In this document: positions 1 through 10,477 of the stretch, piece by piece
Layout of the letters: each line of letters begins with the position of its first letter
Numbering within the stretch: the first letter of the stretch is position 1
NCBI GenBank assembly: GCA_963768765.1
Contig: CAVYJK010000020.1
Location: 257,441-321,440, forward strand
Direction: 5' to 3'
DNA from: an uncultured delta proteobacterium
Lineage (GTDB): Bacteria > Desulfobacterota > Desulfobaccia > Desulfobaccales > 0-14-0-80-60-11
DNA length: 64,000 nt
Made by a program: the position numbers and the translations under genes
Notes under the pieces: generated by a model
Seen by the model: the letters and a program-made list of their open reading frames with translations, nothing else
Databases searched by the model: none
Told to the model about the DNA's origin: nothing

Positions 1-255
1 AAATCTCCCAATAAGGCCCAAATTGCCAGGGCGCTCATCGGGATCCAAATAGTGGTAGGGATGCCGCTATAGATAGCAGATAAGAGAAATGCGGCGAAAA
101 TGCCAACGCCGCCGCCCCTGGGAATCGGATGGGAATGGGAACTGCGGGCGTTGGGGTAGTCTACAAGCCCCAACTTAACGAGCGGAAAGGCTCATGAGCC
201 ATGCCCCTAAAAAGCCTAAAATGCAACTGGAGAGCACTAGTGTTGTTAAAGTCAT
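1..255 (-). CDS. WecA/MraY-family polyprenyl-phosphate HexNAc-1-phosphate transferase, N-terminal part (gene runs off window start); apparent 1-nt frame break near 175-185
   Basis: ATG at 255 gives the TM helix MTLTTLVLSSCILGFLGAWLMSLSAR, then a stop. The adjacent frame continues KLGLVDYPNARSSHSHPIPRGGGVGIFAAFLL, the D-x-P-x-x-R-x-x-H...P-x-GGG signature of this family. Confidence 0.6.
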
Positions 256-415
256 TTTATGGGAGAAGGGCGTGAAAGGATCAGAGGGAAGTCAAGGGAC
301 TGATCGTTGCTTTCACCCGGCCGGGTTGCTTCGTTTGTTTATGATTCCCAGAATATGCCCACCGGAGCCGGTGAGGCCTTTTCATTATGTTTTCCGGAAT
401 CAAGTTGGGGGGGGG

Positions 416-1522
416 TTATCTCCGGGTCGAATCCCAGGTCGTCTGCTGCAGGCCCAGCAAGTTTTTGAAAAAGCCGAACATAATAGCCAGATTAAGCAAG
501 ATAAAGTAGTAGAAGATATAAAGCGCTTTCCAGCGGATCCGGAAGCAACATACCACCGCCACTATCCCATATCCTAGACACTGAGTCACGAAAAGTGGGT
601 GGTACCGCGGGTGGGTCAAAAGCATGGCGTTGCTCAGGAAGGCCACCACGAGAAAGAACGGCCCCAGCCAGCGAAGCACCCGGTGGCTCAGGTAAAAGAA
701 GAAGCGCTTGCCATGGAGGGGGTTAAGCAGGCCCCTAAGATACACCAGGGCCCGAAAATGACCAGCCGCGTCCCTGACATGACGCCGGAATTCCTCGGAG
801 TCGGAGGTAATCTGTAGTTCTTCCGCCACCGCGTCTTCCGCATATACCACCGCGTGGCCCTGCTCAAAGATGCGCATGGAAATGGAAAAATCGTCGTTGA
901 TGGTGGTGGGGGGCAATGGTTCGAACAACTCCCGCCTGAAGAGATAAATGGCGCCATTGGCCCCGATGACTGAACCGAAGAGGCTTTCCCTTTTCTTGAT
1001 AAAGGTTTCGAGGCGCCAGTAAATCCCCTCGCCCGAGGCACCGCCCCCATCCAGCAGCACCAGGCGACCGCATACGACCCCCACCCCTTCCCTCAGGTCC
1101 GCCAACAAGTAGCTCACCGCATCCGGGCGAAACATGCTATTGGCGTCGGTCATCACCACGTAAGGCTGCCAGACCCGCTCCAGGAGGGCATTGATAACGC
1201 GCACTTTGCCCCCCCGGGGGAATTCGAAGACCTTGACCCGGTTATCACGCATGGTCCGATGAATCTCGGCCATGGTGTTGTCGCTGCATCCATCCAGGCC
1301 CAGGTACAATTCGACTTCGGGATAATCCAGAAGATAGAAGTTCTCAATCTTGCGGGCGATGACCTTCTCCTCGTTATAGACCGAACAGACTATTGCCACC
1401 GGTCCCAGCGCTCCGGGCCTCCGCTTTTTTGGTTTCCTGGGGCGAAGGAGATACAGCACCCCGGGATAAATAAGATGGGGATAAAGGATGAGTAGGACGG
1501 AAACCCAGAAGACCAGTTCCAT
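416..1522 (-). CDS. Membrane-anchored family 2 glycosyltransferase
   Basis: 368-aa ORF with an N-terminal TM segment, a GT-A core (VAIVCSVYNEEKVI, LDGCSDNT, MTDAN) and several C-terminal TM helices. Stop/start is coupled to the next gene at 1522. Confidence 0.8.
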   Translation of the reverse strand: MELVFWVSVLLILYPHLIYPGVLYLLRPRKPKKRRPGALGPVAIVCSVYNEEKVIARKIENFYLLDYPEVELYLGLDGCSDNTMAEIHRTMRDNRVKVFEFPRGGKVRVINALLERVWQPYVVMTDANSMFRPDAVSYLLADLREGVGVVCGRLVLLDGGGASGEGIYWRLETFIKKRESLFGSVIGANGAIYLFRRELFEPLPPTTINDDFSISMRIFEQGHAVVYAEDAVAEELQITSDSEEFRRHVRDAAGHFRALVYLRGLLNPLHGKRFFFYLSHRVLRWLGPFFLVVAFLSNAMLLTHPRYHPLFVTQCLGYGIVAVVCCFRIRWKALYIFYYFILLNLAIMFGFFKNLLGLQQTTWDSTRR

Positions 1523-2988
1523 TATGAGTGTTTCCTGAACAGGTGGTTTGCCAGCGTAGTTGCGGCCTTGACGGTGCGGCCGATTTCTCCGGGATTTCGC
1601 AGTATGTCTAGTGCCTTATGAGCCAGGTACCAGGACCGCAGGTAAAAGCGGCGTCGGGCATAATCGCAGAAGTCGACCAAATCACGGGCAGACAACTTTT
1701 CGGTATGAAGAACGCAGTTATGCATCCCATCGGGGGTAAGCCATTGGCCAAAACTGGTTGCCCGGATGTAGCCTTTCTCTTTGGCCCAGAGATAGGCCTC
1801 GGTCCCGGGATAAACCATGAGCGGGAAAAACTGGGCCGTGTCCAAAGGAAGGCGCAGGGCAAAGTCCAGGGTGCGGCGTAACGTCTGCCGGTCCTCGCCC
1901 CGGTTGCCCATCATAAAACACCCGTGCACTCGGAGTTCGGCCTTTTGGGCATTGCGGGCAAATTCGTCCGACTGCTCCAGAGTTATGCCCTTATTAATAT
2001 TATCCAGCACTGTCTGGTCTCCGCTTTCGAATCCTGCCACCAGGAGGCGGCAGCCGGCCTGCTTCATCTTCACCATGATTTCATAACGGAGATTGACCCT
2101 GGCTTCACAGGTCCAGGTAACGATCAGGCCCCGGCGGATGATCTCGTCGCAGATCCGGGCGACGAAATCCTGGTCGGCCGTGAAGTTGTCGTCATCTATC
2201 AAGATCTCCCGGACTTCCGGAAACTCACGGCGGATATAGTCGAGCTCGTCCACGAAATGGGATACCGAGCGGTGCCGGTAGCGCCGTCCGAACATGACCT
2301 GGGGATACACGCAGTAGAAGCAACGATTCGGGCATCCCCGGCCCGCAAAGATGGAGATCACCGGATTGCGGCAGTGGGCGTAAAAGTAGTTGGCAATATT
2401 AAGATGCTTTTGGTAAACGCTGCTCACAAAAGGGAGCTCGTCGAGATCTTCGGCGAAGGGTCGGTCCGGGTTGTGCACGATGCGGCTTTTGCGGCGGAAG
2501 CTGATGCCGGTGACGTCCTCCCAGCGCTCCGGCTCCTCGGCCAGTTCGCACAAGGTCCAGTCGTACTCCCTCCTCGCTACCACGTCCACCGCGAGGCTGA
2601 GGGCCAGGGTTTCATCCGGCAGGGCGCTGGGATGGGTGCCCACCAGCACGGCCAGAGGCGGTACGGGAAACCAGGACTTGACCGTCTCCAGGGCCCGAAC
2701 GTCTGAATCGATGCTGGGGGTGGAGGTGTCGCAGACCACCATGCCGGGTGCAAACTCCTCAATTCTTTGACGCCGGTCCCCCAGTTCTTGGCCCTCGGCC
2801 GGAAAGTCGAGGAACATCACCTCGTGTCCCCGCTTCTCCAACAATCCCGCGGCATGCGCCAGCCACAGGGGATAATAAATGGTGCCGCTCTTGGTCACCG
2901 CCGGGCTGCGGGAACTGCGGGAGAACTTGGGCAGAAAGGGGGGATTAATCAGAAGGACTTTCATGGTGTATCTATTTACCAGTGACAA
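1522..2988 (-). CDS. B12-binding domain radical SAM enzyme (1 of 3)
   Basis: 488-aa ORF. It has an N-terminal Rossmann-like B12-binding region (KVLLINPP...) and a CxxxCxxC cluster motif, GRGCPNRCFYCVYP. Confidence 0.85.
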   Translation of the reverse strand: MSLVNRYTMKVLLINPPFLPKFSRSSRSPAVTKSGTIYYPLWLAHAAGLLEKRGHEVMFLDFPAEGQELGDRRQRIEEFAPGMVVCDTSTPSIDSDVRALETVKSWFPVPPLAVLVGTHPSALPDETLALSLAVDVVARREYDWTLCELAEEPERWEDVTGISFRRKSRIVHNPDRPFAEDLDELPFVSSVYQKHLNIANYFYAHCRNPVISIFAGRGCPNRCFYCVYPQVMFGRRYRHRSVSHFVDELDYIRREFPEVREILIDDDNFTADQDFVARICDEIIRRGLIVTWTCEARVNLRYEIMVKMKQAGCRLLVAGFESGDQTVLDNINKGITLEQSDEFARNAQKAELRVHGCFMMGNRGEDRQTLRRTLDFALRLPLDTAQFFPLMVYPGTEAYLWAKEKGYIRATSFGQWLTPDGMHNCVLHTEKLSARDLVDFCDYARRRFYLRSWYLAHKALDILRNPGEIGRTVKAATTLANHLFRKHS

Positions 2989-4021
2989 AAATTAGGCGTA
3001 CGTCCCACGGGTTCAACGCCAGCCGCCCGCCGGGTACCGGCTTGTCGGGGTGCTTCGGGTCGTTTAGGGTCCAGGGGCCGGGGAGCATGGCAGCCTCAAT
3101 TTTTTGCAGCCCCGGGTTACAGACAATTAGCAACGTGCGGTCGTCCTTCCTCCAGGCCGCCGCGTGCGGATGATTGGTATAGGTTTTCGGGTCAACTTGC
3201 TCCCCAGCCAGATACTCCCTCATCCCTTTCAGTTCGCCTATCAGAGCCGCAACATGACCCAAGTTTCTATACTCTACGGGTAAGGTCTGGAAGGAGAAGA
3301 AAAAAACGCCCCTGGCCCCCTTCATCACCCCGTAAAAGGCCATGAACCGCATCTCCTCAGTGGTGGGGTGGCGGTTATCCCGCCGTCTCTTGTCAAATTG
3401 GAGATAGTGGTTCCAGTTAAAGGTTTGGACCAGGACGCAAAAGGGGTTCTTTGCCTCCAGGAACTGGTCAATCCGGCGAATCTCAGAGCCCAGATCTTGA
3501 TGGGGAAAAGGCTGGTCCTTGACCGGATATGTATATGCAAAGACCCTGTCTGCCAGGGCGGCAAAGGGGGTGGCGTCGGTGGCGATGACCAGGGGGTGGC
3601 CGGCATCCTCCCGCCGGATAGCCGCGGCGATCCCCGCCACCTGATTAAGCATGGCCATCTTCGGCTCGTCGCACAGATACCAGGCCCACAGCGCAGGATG
3701 GGCCCGGAACCGGCGCACCCGCTCCACCACTTTGGAGACCGTGTAATTCTCCTGGCGCTCAAAGCCCACCATCACCTTCAGGCCCAGGTGGTGAGCCTCA
3801 TCCAAATATGCAGCCAATTCGTCGTCCTTGTCCCGGCCTTCCTCGAAGCGGTAGTTGTGCACCACCTCGAATCCCTTCATCTTGCCAAGATACAGCAGGT
3901 CCCGAGGGACCGCGAACACGCCCAGGGGCAATCGCTCCCTGCCGGGGGGGGACACCTCCCCCATGGCCAGCCTGGTTGGCGTTAACGCCAGGGCGCCCAG
4001 GAGAACAAGGGATAGCAGCAA
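2972..4021 (-). CDS. Secreted TIM-barrel glycoside-hydrolase-like protein (possible EPS glycanase)
   Basis: Signal peptide MLLSLVLLGALALTPTRLAMG. Alternating beta/alpha pattern with HHLGLKVMVGF and WAWYLCDEP, typical of clan GH-A-like hydrolases. EPS loci often carry such an enzyme. The assignment is tentative. Confidence 0.45.
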   Translation of the reverse strand: MLLSLVLLGALALTPTRLAMGEVSPPGRERLPLGVFAVPRDLLYLGKMKGFEVVHNYRFEEGRDKDDELAAYLDEAHHLGLKVMVGFERQENYTVSKVVERVRRFRAHPALWAWYLCDEPKMAMLNQVAGIAAAIRREDAGHPLVIATDATPFAALADRVFAYTYPVKDQPFPHQDLGSEIRRIDQFLEAKNPFCVLVQTFNWNHYLQFDKRRRDNRHPTTEEMRFMAFYGVMKGARGVFFFSFQTLPVEYRNLGHVAALIGELKGMREYLAGEQVDPKTYTNHPHAAAWRKDDRTLLIVCNPGLQKIEAAMLPGPWTLNDPKHPDKPVPGGRLALNPWDVRLIFVTGK

Positions 4022-4245
4022 TGTCAGCTTAGGCAGCGGTTCCTCTAGTTTAAGGGAATCTCTGATTTGTCATTGGGAAGAAACACCTTTGGGTTAAGCA
4101 CGATAGGGTTGGCCGTGGGAGGTGCGGCAATGGCTTTGATGGAAATATCTTGACTTAACCGGCAGAGATCTCTTGGAAACTGAGAAAGCAGGGCGTCCGT
4201 CATGATAGAGATCGGCCTATGCGGTCGAAAACCAGAGAAAAATAA

Positions 4246-5370
4246 TTAGTTGCATGGCTCCAGGGCCAGAACGGTATGAATAGACGAACGCACCAGGTCC
4301 ACTGAAATTCCCTCTAAGCAGCGAACCCGGTCGAAGGGGCAGACCGTCTGCCAACAGGGGGTGCAGAAGGAGCGCCCCTGGACCATTACCGCCTTGTTGG
4401 AACGGACGCCAAACAGGGCGGCCTCCTGGGGCCCGTAGAGCACCAGGCAGCGGGCCCCTGAAGCCGCCGCCAGATGAGCCGGGCCGCTGTCATTGCCAAG
4501 GAAGAGTTCCGCCCGATTACACAACGCCGCCAGTTCCCCTAAGGAAAGCTCCCCGGCAAAAAAATTTAGGGGAAAAGGAGTCGGGCCGTATTGGCGAAGG
4601 GTAACCATGTCCTCAGGGCCACCAACCAGGCAAATCTCCAGGTTTAGGTCCTGGTAAAGATGGGTGCAGATTTCCTTCCAGCGATCCCAAGGCCAGGCGC
4701 GGGGAGCCCACTTCCCAAAGGGATGAAACACGGCCAGTCGCTTCCCTTCAATGCCTTTGGACCGGAGCTTAGGCGCCAGCAAATCCTGCCATTCCCGCCG
4801 CACCTTCAAGCGCGGCCCATCTGGCAAATCGATGCCCAGGGGCCGCATCATCCTGCGGAAAGTATCATACTGGTGCTCCCGGGATGACGGCGCTGGCAAC
4901 CCGAGATAATAAAGCGGCCCCCAGCGCAGGCGGCTGCGGCGCGGCAGGCCGCAGAGAAATCGGGCTGCACGGTTTTTCCAGGCAGTGTGCACGGCCCGGG
5001 CGCTGCCGCGCAAGTGGATGATAAGATCAGCCTCTTCCTCGAATGATGTCCCCCACTGGTTGCGGGGATCAGCTTCCACAACTCCGAGTGGCTGAAACCG
5101 GAGTTCCGGGGAAAAGGTCTTAAAAAACTCCCGGGCTAATTTTCCTGCGGCAACAGATATCTGAGCCCGGGGCCAGCGTCGGCGCAAGGCTTCAAGAAGT
5201 GGGAGCGTCAGAACCGCATCCCCAAGCCCCCCTGCTTGGAAGACGCTAATGCAATTGTAGTCGGAAGAAGAGGTTCCCAGAAATTCTCTTAGGCGACAGG
5301 CAGCGAACCCAGCCCAGGAGATGGCCGCCCGGCGGATGGCATCCGCATACCATGGCATAAACTTCAACAC
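4246..5370 (-). CDS. Family 9 glycosyltransferase (heptosyltransferase-like)
   Basis: 374-aa ORF with the GT9 hallmark LFLGNDSGPAHLAAASGARCLVLYGP near the C-terminus. Confidence 0.8.
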   Translation of the reverse strand: MLKFMPWYADAIRRAAISWAGFAACRLREFLGTSSSDYNCISVFQAGGLGDAVLTLPLLEALRRRWPRAQISVAAGKLAREFFKTFSPELRFQPLGVVEADPRNQWGTSFEEEADLIIHLRGSARAVHTAWKNRAARFLCGLPRRSRLRWGPLYYLGLPAPSSREHQYDTFRRMMRPLGIDLPDGPRLKVRREWQDLLAPKLRSKGIEGKRLAVFHPFGKWAPRAWPWDRWKEICTHLYQDLNLEICLVGGPEDMVTLRQYGPTPFPLNFFAGELSLGELAALCNRAELFLGNDSGPAHLAAASGARCLVLYGPQEAALFGVRSNKAVMVQGRSFCTPCWQTVCPFDRVRCLEGISVDLVRSSIHTVLALEPCN

Positions 5371-6233
5371 CTAAACCTCCGCCTATTGGCCCTTGCCTTA
5401 ATAAACTCGGTGAACCCGACGCAGTTACCCATCACTACGGTGACATGCAGCAAGGTTCTGTGCCACCGCAGAGTTAAAGCATACTGCACTACCCGCAGAC
5501 AGGGTTTGGTCAGCGCCCAGACCAGCGTGGCGAGCATCTGGTAATTGGCAAAATCCACCAGATGGCGAGCAAAGAGCGCCCCCTGCCCGCGGCCGTAGGC
5601 CAGAAGCTTTTGGCGCAGTTCCCGGGGCGCCCGATCCACCGGCTCCCGGGGATGGTGAACCACGGCGGCGGGAACGTAAGCGATCCGGCAGTTCCAGTAC
5701 ATCATTCTGAAAAAATAGTCCGTTTCCTCTCCCGAGGCCCAGCGGCGGCCGGCGCCGAAACGCTCGTCGAACGGACCGATTTCATCAAACACGGCGCGCC
5801 GTATGGCGAAATTGCCGCCCAGGAAACGCAGCCAGTCACGCTGACCGAGATGCCGGGGCGTGCCATCATGCACGCGGGCGTAAGGCCGCCCGTCTTCCAG
5901 GGCCAGGATGCGCCCTGCCGCGGCCACCACCTGGGCGTCTTCCTCGAAGCACTTTTCCAGGGCCGGAATATAGCCGGAATCGGGGACCGCATCGTCGTCC
6001 AGAAAAGCAATGACATTGCCTGCCGCGGCGCGCACGCCGGCATTGCGCCCGGCGGCTAGCCCCCGTTCATGGTGAGGTAGGTGGCGGAATCGGAGATCGC
6101 CGGGGATGGGGGCGGGAGTATCCCCTTGATCCACTACCAGCACTTCAAACGCGCCCTTGTGCCCGGCGAGAGCCTCAAGACAGCGCCTCAGCAATTCAGG
6201 GCGGTTGCGGGTACAGACAACGACACTCAGCAT
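5364..6233 (-). CDS. Family 2 glycosyltransferase
   Basis: MLSVVVCTRNRPELLRRCLEAL followed by FLDDDAVP (DxD). This is a typical soluble GT2. Confidence 0.8.
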   Translation of the reverse strand: MLSVVVCTRNRPELLRRCLEALAGHKGAFEVLVVDQGDTPAPIPGDLRFRHLPHHERGLAAGRNAGVRAAAGNVIAFLDDDAVPDSGYIPALEKCFEEDAQVVAAAGRILALEDGRPYARVHDGTPRHLGQRDWLRFLGGNFAIRRAVFDEIGPFDERFGAGRRWASGEETDYFFRMMYWNCRIAYVPAAVVHHPREPVDRAPRELRQKLLAYGRGQGALFARHLVDFANYQMLATLVWALTKPCLRVVQYALTLRWHRTLLHVTVVMGNCVGFTEFIKARANRRRFRC

Positions 6234-6355
6234 TTCGGACTCTTTTTAAATTTTTCCTACCTTATTCAAGACAACCTTTTATCAACGGCAACATCTACCC
6301 AACGGCTGGAGGGCGTGAGATTTTACTTCCGGTGGGAATTTGGCGCCAATTTGCT

Positions 6356-7753
6356 TTATCCGGCTTTTTGTTGGGACAGCAGCCGTTTCAGCCGCAGCCA
6401 ATGGGGGATAAGGCTATGGCCGAAAGGCAAGGCCTTGATCGTATCCTTTGCCAGCTCGAAAAAGGCCTTTGTCGGAGAGGTCCTGATGAAAACCAGGAAC
6501 TTGAACAAGCGTTGGGCCAGGCGTATCTGCCAGGCGGGAAAGCCGGGCAGGCGCAGCACGCTGCCGGCGAAGTAGCTGGCCGCGGCGCCGTTTTGGCGCA
6601 CCAGGCCGCGCTCATAGCAGGAGTCCCCCAGCGCCGTTCCCCGAAACGGGTAATAGACCGTCATCTGCACCTGGTCCGGACGGATACGGCGGTTGAGGGC
6701 CACGGTCTTCAGGTAGTCGGGCCAGCGTTCGCCGGGAACCCCCACCATGTTAAACGTGGATAGGCGCAGGCCCGCGGCCCGGATGGTATCTGCAGCGCGA
6801 ATAATGGCCTCATCGCTCATGCCCCGGTTGAGCACGGTGCGGCGCAGCTCTTCATTGCCGCTCTCACACCCCAAGGCCACGGTATCGCAGCCGCCGTCCT
6901 TGAGGAGACGGCAGCCCTCCGGCGTCACAGTTTCCGGCCGGGTGTTGCAGTGGAAGGGCCGCCCCACTGAACTGCGGTAGCCTTTCAGGAATGTGGCCAG
7001 CCACCGGGGATTCTTGGTAAAGGTGTCATCATCGAAATTCAGATATGGGGGCTGAAACAGGGAAACATATTGCACCGCGCGCCGTACCGCCCGCTCGGGG
7101 GAAAGAAAGCGTAACTTGACCGTTCCCAGGCGCTTCTTGTAAGCGGCATTGCAGCAGTAGCTGCAGTTATACGGGCATCCCCGGGAAAACATCAGGCCGG
7201 GATAGTTCAGCACCACTTCCCGAGGATAGAGGTCATAGGCCGGCTCGGCCAGGGCGTCCAGATCGGCGGGGATAGGCGCCGCCCCCGCCGGGACGATTCC
7301 TCCCGAGGGTGAGCGCGTCCAGACGCCGGGCAGACCGGCAAACGACTCCCGGTGCGCAGCGCGCCTGGAAAGGGCGGCGATGACCCCCTCTCCTTCCCCC
7401 ACTACGAACCCATCGAAGGCATCGGTACCGGCCAAGGCTTCGGGGAAAAGGGAACAGTGGGGACCCCCGCCCACCACGGGAATGGCGCAACGTTGCCGCA
7501 AAGCCCGGGCCGCGGCCATCGCAAACTCCCATTGGTTGGAATACACGGAGATGCCCGCCAGGATATAGTTTTCCTCCGCGGCTTTTTCAAGCCACTGCCC
7601 GGAATGGTAAGAGCCGGAATCAAGCACCACAATATCCGGGGTGAACCCCGCGGCGCGCAGCGTCCCGGCCAGGGAGGCCAGGCCATGATTGACGTAGACT
7701 ACGGTATCCTGCATCGCCACGTTAAGCTGTAGCAGAAGCACCCTGGCGGTCAT
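6356..7753 (-). CDS. B12-binding domain radical SAM enzyme (2 of 3)
   Basis: Motif SRGCPYNCSYCCN with an N-terminal B12-like domain. The likely start is M52 of the tracked ORF (ATG at 7753), forming an ATGA overlap with the upstream GT2 stop at 7750. Confidence 0.85.
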   Translation of the reverse strand: MTARVLLLQLNVAMQDTVVYVNHGLASLAGTLRAAGFTPDIVVLDSGSYHSGQWLEKAAEENYILAGISVYSNQWEFAMAAARALRQRCAIPVVGGGPHCSLFPEALAGTDAFDGFVVGEGEGVIAALSRRAAHRESFAGLPGVWTRSPSGGIVPAGAAPIPADLDALAEPAYDLYPREVVLNYPGLMFSRGCPYNCSYCCNAAYKKRLGTVKLRFLSPERAVRRAVQYVSLFQPPYLNFDDDTFTKNPRWLATFLKGYRSSVGRPFHCNTRPETVTPEGCRLLKDGGCDTVALGCESGNEELRRTVLNRGMSDEAIIRAADTIRAAGLRLSTFNMVGVPGERWPDYLKTVALNRRIRPDQVQMTVYYPFRGTALGDSCYERGLVRQNGAAASYFAGSVLRLPGFPAWQIRLAQRLFKFLVFIRTSPTKAFFELAKDTIKALPFGHSLIPHWLRLKRLLSQQKAG

Positions 7754-8697
7754 CGCACCCACCTCCAGGGCACGAGGCTGCGCAACAGATGCCATAGTCT
7801 CTTCGGGCTGGGGGAGATAGCCAGGGAGCGCCAGAACAACCGCCGCGCCTCTGCCTTTCTTCCGGCGAGAAGAAGATTGCGCCCCTGCCCGGAGCAGACC
7901 AGACACTCCAGAAGCCGCTGGTGCCGTGGCGTGGTCAAAGAGGCGGCAATCCGGTCATAGGTTTCCTGCGACCATCTAATCTCTTGTCCTTTGCGGCGCA
8001 ACTTTCCCACCTCTCGCGCTACCATCCCCATAAGAATCTGTTGATGTGATTTTGCAACAGATATACTTTCCGGGTTGATGCGGTAACGGTATAGCGGCAG
8101 GTCGAGGTTGTCCACCATATGGCGCTCCGAAATGCGCAGAAAGAGATCGTAATCTTCGGCATAACGGTATTCCTCGTAATACATCCCTTCTATTTTAAAG
8201 ATTTCAGAACGGAACATAACCGAACCGTGCGCAAACTGGTTGTTGCGCCGCATTCTGCGTCTGAGGGTCTCCGGCTGCGTCAAGATGCGATGACGGTGTA
8301 ATACTTTTCCCTGTGGATCGATGAGGAGGCAGTCGGTACCCAGGAGCTTCAGTTCGGGATGGGCAAAGAAACAGGATACCTGTTGTTCGAAGCGCTCCGG
8401 TTCGGAGATATCATCCGAGTCTTGCCGGGCAAGGAAAACGCCGCGTGCCAGGCGGATGAGGCGGTTGAGTGACACGGTCAGGCCGGCGTTTTCCTGGCGG
8501 ATAAACCGGATGCGCCCATCGCGCCGCGCCACCGCGTCGAGGGCGGCAGCCGTCTCCGGTCCCGAACCATCATCCATTATCAGGAACTCAAAGTTGTCAT
8601 AAGTCTGGCGAAGAATGCTCTCCACCGCGAGATCGAGGTATTCCGGGCGTTCGTTATAGACCGGCATGATCACCGAAACCAGGGGGCGGGAACTCAT
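7750..8697 (-). CDS. Family 2 glycosyltransferase
   Basis: VSVIMPVYNERPEYLDLAVESILRQTYDNFEFLIMDDGS and QDSDDIS motifs. Confidence 0.85.
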   Translation of the reverse strand: MSSRPLVSVIMPVYNERPEYLDLAVESILRQTYDNFEFLIMDDGSGPETAAALDAVARRDGRIRFIRQENAGLTVSLNRLIRLARGVFLARQDSDDISEPERFEQQVSCFFAHPELKLLGTDCLLIDPQGKVLHRHRILTQPETLRRRMRRNNQFAHGSVMFRSEIFKIEGMYYEEYRYAEDYDLFLRISERHMVDNLDLPLYRYRINPESISVAKSHQQILMGMVAREVGKLRRKGQEIRWSQETYDRIAASLTTPRHQRLLECLVCSGQGRNLLLAGRKAEARRLFWRSLAISPSPKRLWHLLRSLVPWRWVR

Positions 8698-9413
8698 CTC
8701 TGGTCCTCCGCAACTGCTTCAATGCGATACTCGCCCCAGCGCGCCTCGAGGAAACGTACCTGCCAGCCCGCGGCGGCAAGTTCTCCCAGGATATCTTTTT
8801 GCCGGTGCTCGATGCAGTGCGTCGGATCCAGCCGGGTATCCAGACCGAGCTCCTGGGCGTAGGGAACCAGCCAGTGCCGCTCGTATTGAGGCACGCGCAG
8901 CAGCAACAGCTTCGGCCGGAGGCGCGTGCGCAAGGACCGCAGGAACTCTTCCCGGCCGTCAAGGTGCTCCAGCACATTGGACAGGACGATCACGTCCGCC
9001 GGCGGCAGCTCAGTCGTTAGCGCATCGGCGCAGACAAACTCCGCGCCCGCGCCTGCACACCGCGCCCGTGCCTGCATAATGCTTTTGGAGTCCTTGTCAA
9101 TGCCGATGACCCTGGCCCCGGTCAGTTGCGCAATGTCCGCAGCCACCGCGCCGCTACCGGAGCCGATGTCCAGTACGGTCTGTCCCCGGAAAATGCGCTG
9201 CACGAAAAAATCGTGATAATCGGTGAGCCGGTGCTTCGGATGCAGGCCGTCCGGCGCATCCCACAGGGCCAGATAATCCACCGAAGATTCCAGAGCCCGT
9301 ATCCTCCGCAGCAGGAAGCGCACCACGGCCCGGCGCCCCGCGGCGAAAGAAGCCAGTACGAAGGGAAGCTCTTTGAAAAACCGCTTTCTCCCTAACCGCG
9401 GCAATGGGTTCAT
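8694..9413 (-). CDS. Class I SAM-dependent methyltransferase
   Basis: Motif I VLDIGSGSGAVAADIA and post-I GIDKD. The likely start MNPLPRLG at 9413 forms an ATGA overlap with the upstream gene. Confidence 0.8.
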   Translation of the reverse strand: MNPLPRLGRKRFFKELPFVLASFAAGRRAVVRFLLRRIRALESSVDYLALWDAPDGLHPKHRLTDYHDFFVQRIFRGQTVLDIGSGSGAVAADIAQLTGARVIGIDKDSKSIMQARARCAGAGAEFVCADALTTELPPADVIVLSNVLEHLDGREEFLRSLRTRLRPKLLLLRVPQYERHWLVPYAQELGLDTRLDPTHCIEHRQKDILGELAAAGWQVRFLEARWGEYRIEAVAEDQR

Positions 9414-10477
9414 CCGCACATCCCTGCGAATATCTTCTCGTGGCGGCCTTTCCAAATCCGGACATCAAACTGTTCGAGACAACGCCGGCGGGCCGCGGCT
9501 GACAGGCTGTCCCGCAACCGCACCGCTTCCAGCATCGCGGCTGCATAAAATTCAGAATCAGGATAAACGAACCTTTCCCAGCTTTTCTCCACTGCCACGG
9601 CGATGCCGGTGTCGCCAACCAGCTCCGGAGTGCCGCCACAGGCCAGATGCACCACCGGCAGGCCGCAGGACATCGCCTCCAAGACGGCGCTGGGACAATT
9701 GTCATTGAACTGGGTGTTCAGGTAGATGTTTCCCTGCCGGTACAGCGCGGGGGCCTGTTCATAGAGGTATGCCCCGAGGCAACTCACCCCAGGGCCTGCC
9801 CTGGCAATCACTGCCATCAGGGCCGGAGCAAGGAATCCGGCTATGATCAGCCGCGATCCAGGCAGTTGGGCCCGTACCTGGGTGAAGGCTTCGAGCACAA
9901 GGGCCAGGCGGGTTGCTTTGACTTCGTGGTAGAAATTGCCGGTCGCCAGAAAGACCGGGGCAGACGGGTCAAAGGAGCGCTTTGGCTCCGGATAGAAAAA
10001 CGCGGTATCCACGGGATTATGCAAGATCTCATGGGGGCAAGGAGGTTCTCCCAGGAACCGCAGGGCCGATTCTTCGCAAAAGAAGCTCTGGAAAATAATA
10101 TGGTCCGCGGTCCGGTAATAACCGGCCAGATGCCGTTCATTCGCCGCGGCGTAATCGGTTCCATACCAGCCGGGATAGTAAACTCCGTTCTGGTTCACCA
10201 CCAGCTTGACGCCGCGCTGCTGTTCGCGGCGGCAGTACCACAGGGGGATGTGCCCGCTGCAGACATAAATGATGCCGTTGCTAAAAGGCGAATTACCAAA
10301 TAGCTGCGAGAGCTTGCGGGCCTTTAGGTAGGCCGCGGTCGTCCTGCCCCGGCGGATGAAGCCGAAAGAAGGCATTACCGGCTTCGGGTTGAAGGGAGCG
10401 ACGTCCTTCAGAGTGGCAAGGGCATAATAACCGAGGCGTTCCACGGCGCGCTGTAACCTCTCTCGGGAGATATTCAT
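9410..10477 (-). CDS. GT-B (family 4/1) glycosyltransferase
   Basis: C-terminal EAMSCGLPVVHLACGGTPELVGDTG motif (E-x7-E type). Confidence 0.8.
   Translation of the reverse strand: MNISRERLQRAVERLGYYALATLKDVAPFNPKPVMPSFGFIRRGRTTAAYLKARKLSQLFGNSPFSNGIIYVCSGHIPLWYCRREQQRGVKLVVNQNGVYYPGWYGTDYAAANERHLAGYYRTADHIIFQSFFCEESALRFLGEPPCPHEILHNPVDTAFFYPEPKRSFDPSAPVFLATGNFYHEVKATRLALVLEAFTQVRAQLPGSRLIIAGFLAPALMAVIARAGPGVSCLGAYLYEQAPALYRQGNIYLNTQFNDNCPSAVLEAMSCGLPVVHLACGGTPELVGDTGIAVAVEKSWERFVYPDSEFYAAAMLEAVRLRDSLSAAARRRCLEQFDVRIWKGRHEKIFAGMCG

Noticed and set aside
194-577. 127-aa plus-strand ORF at the window start
   Set aside because: It lies antisense to the WecA-like N-terminus and to the end of the GT2 gene. 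It has no motifs and its composition is implausible.
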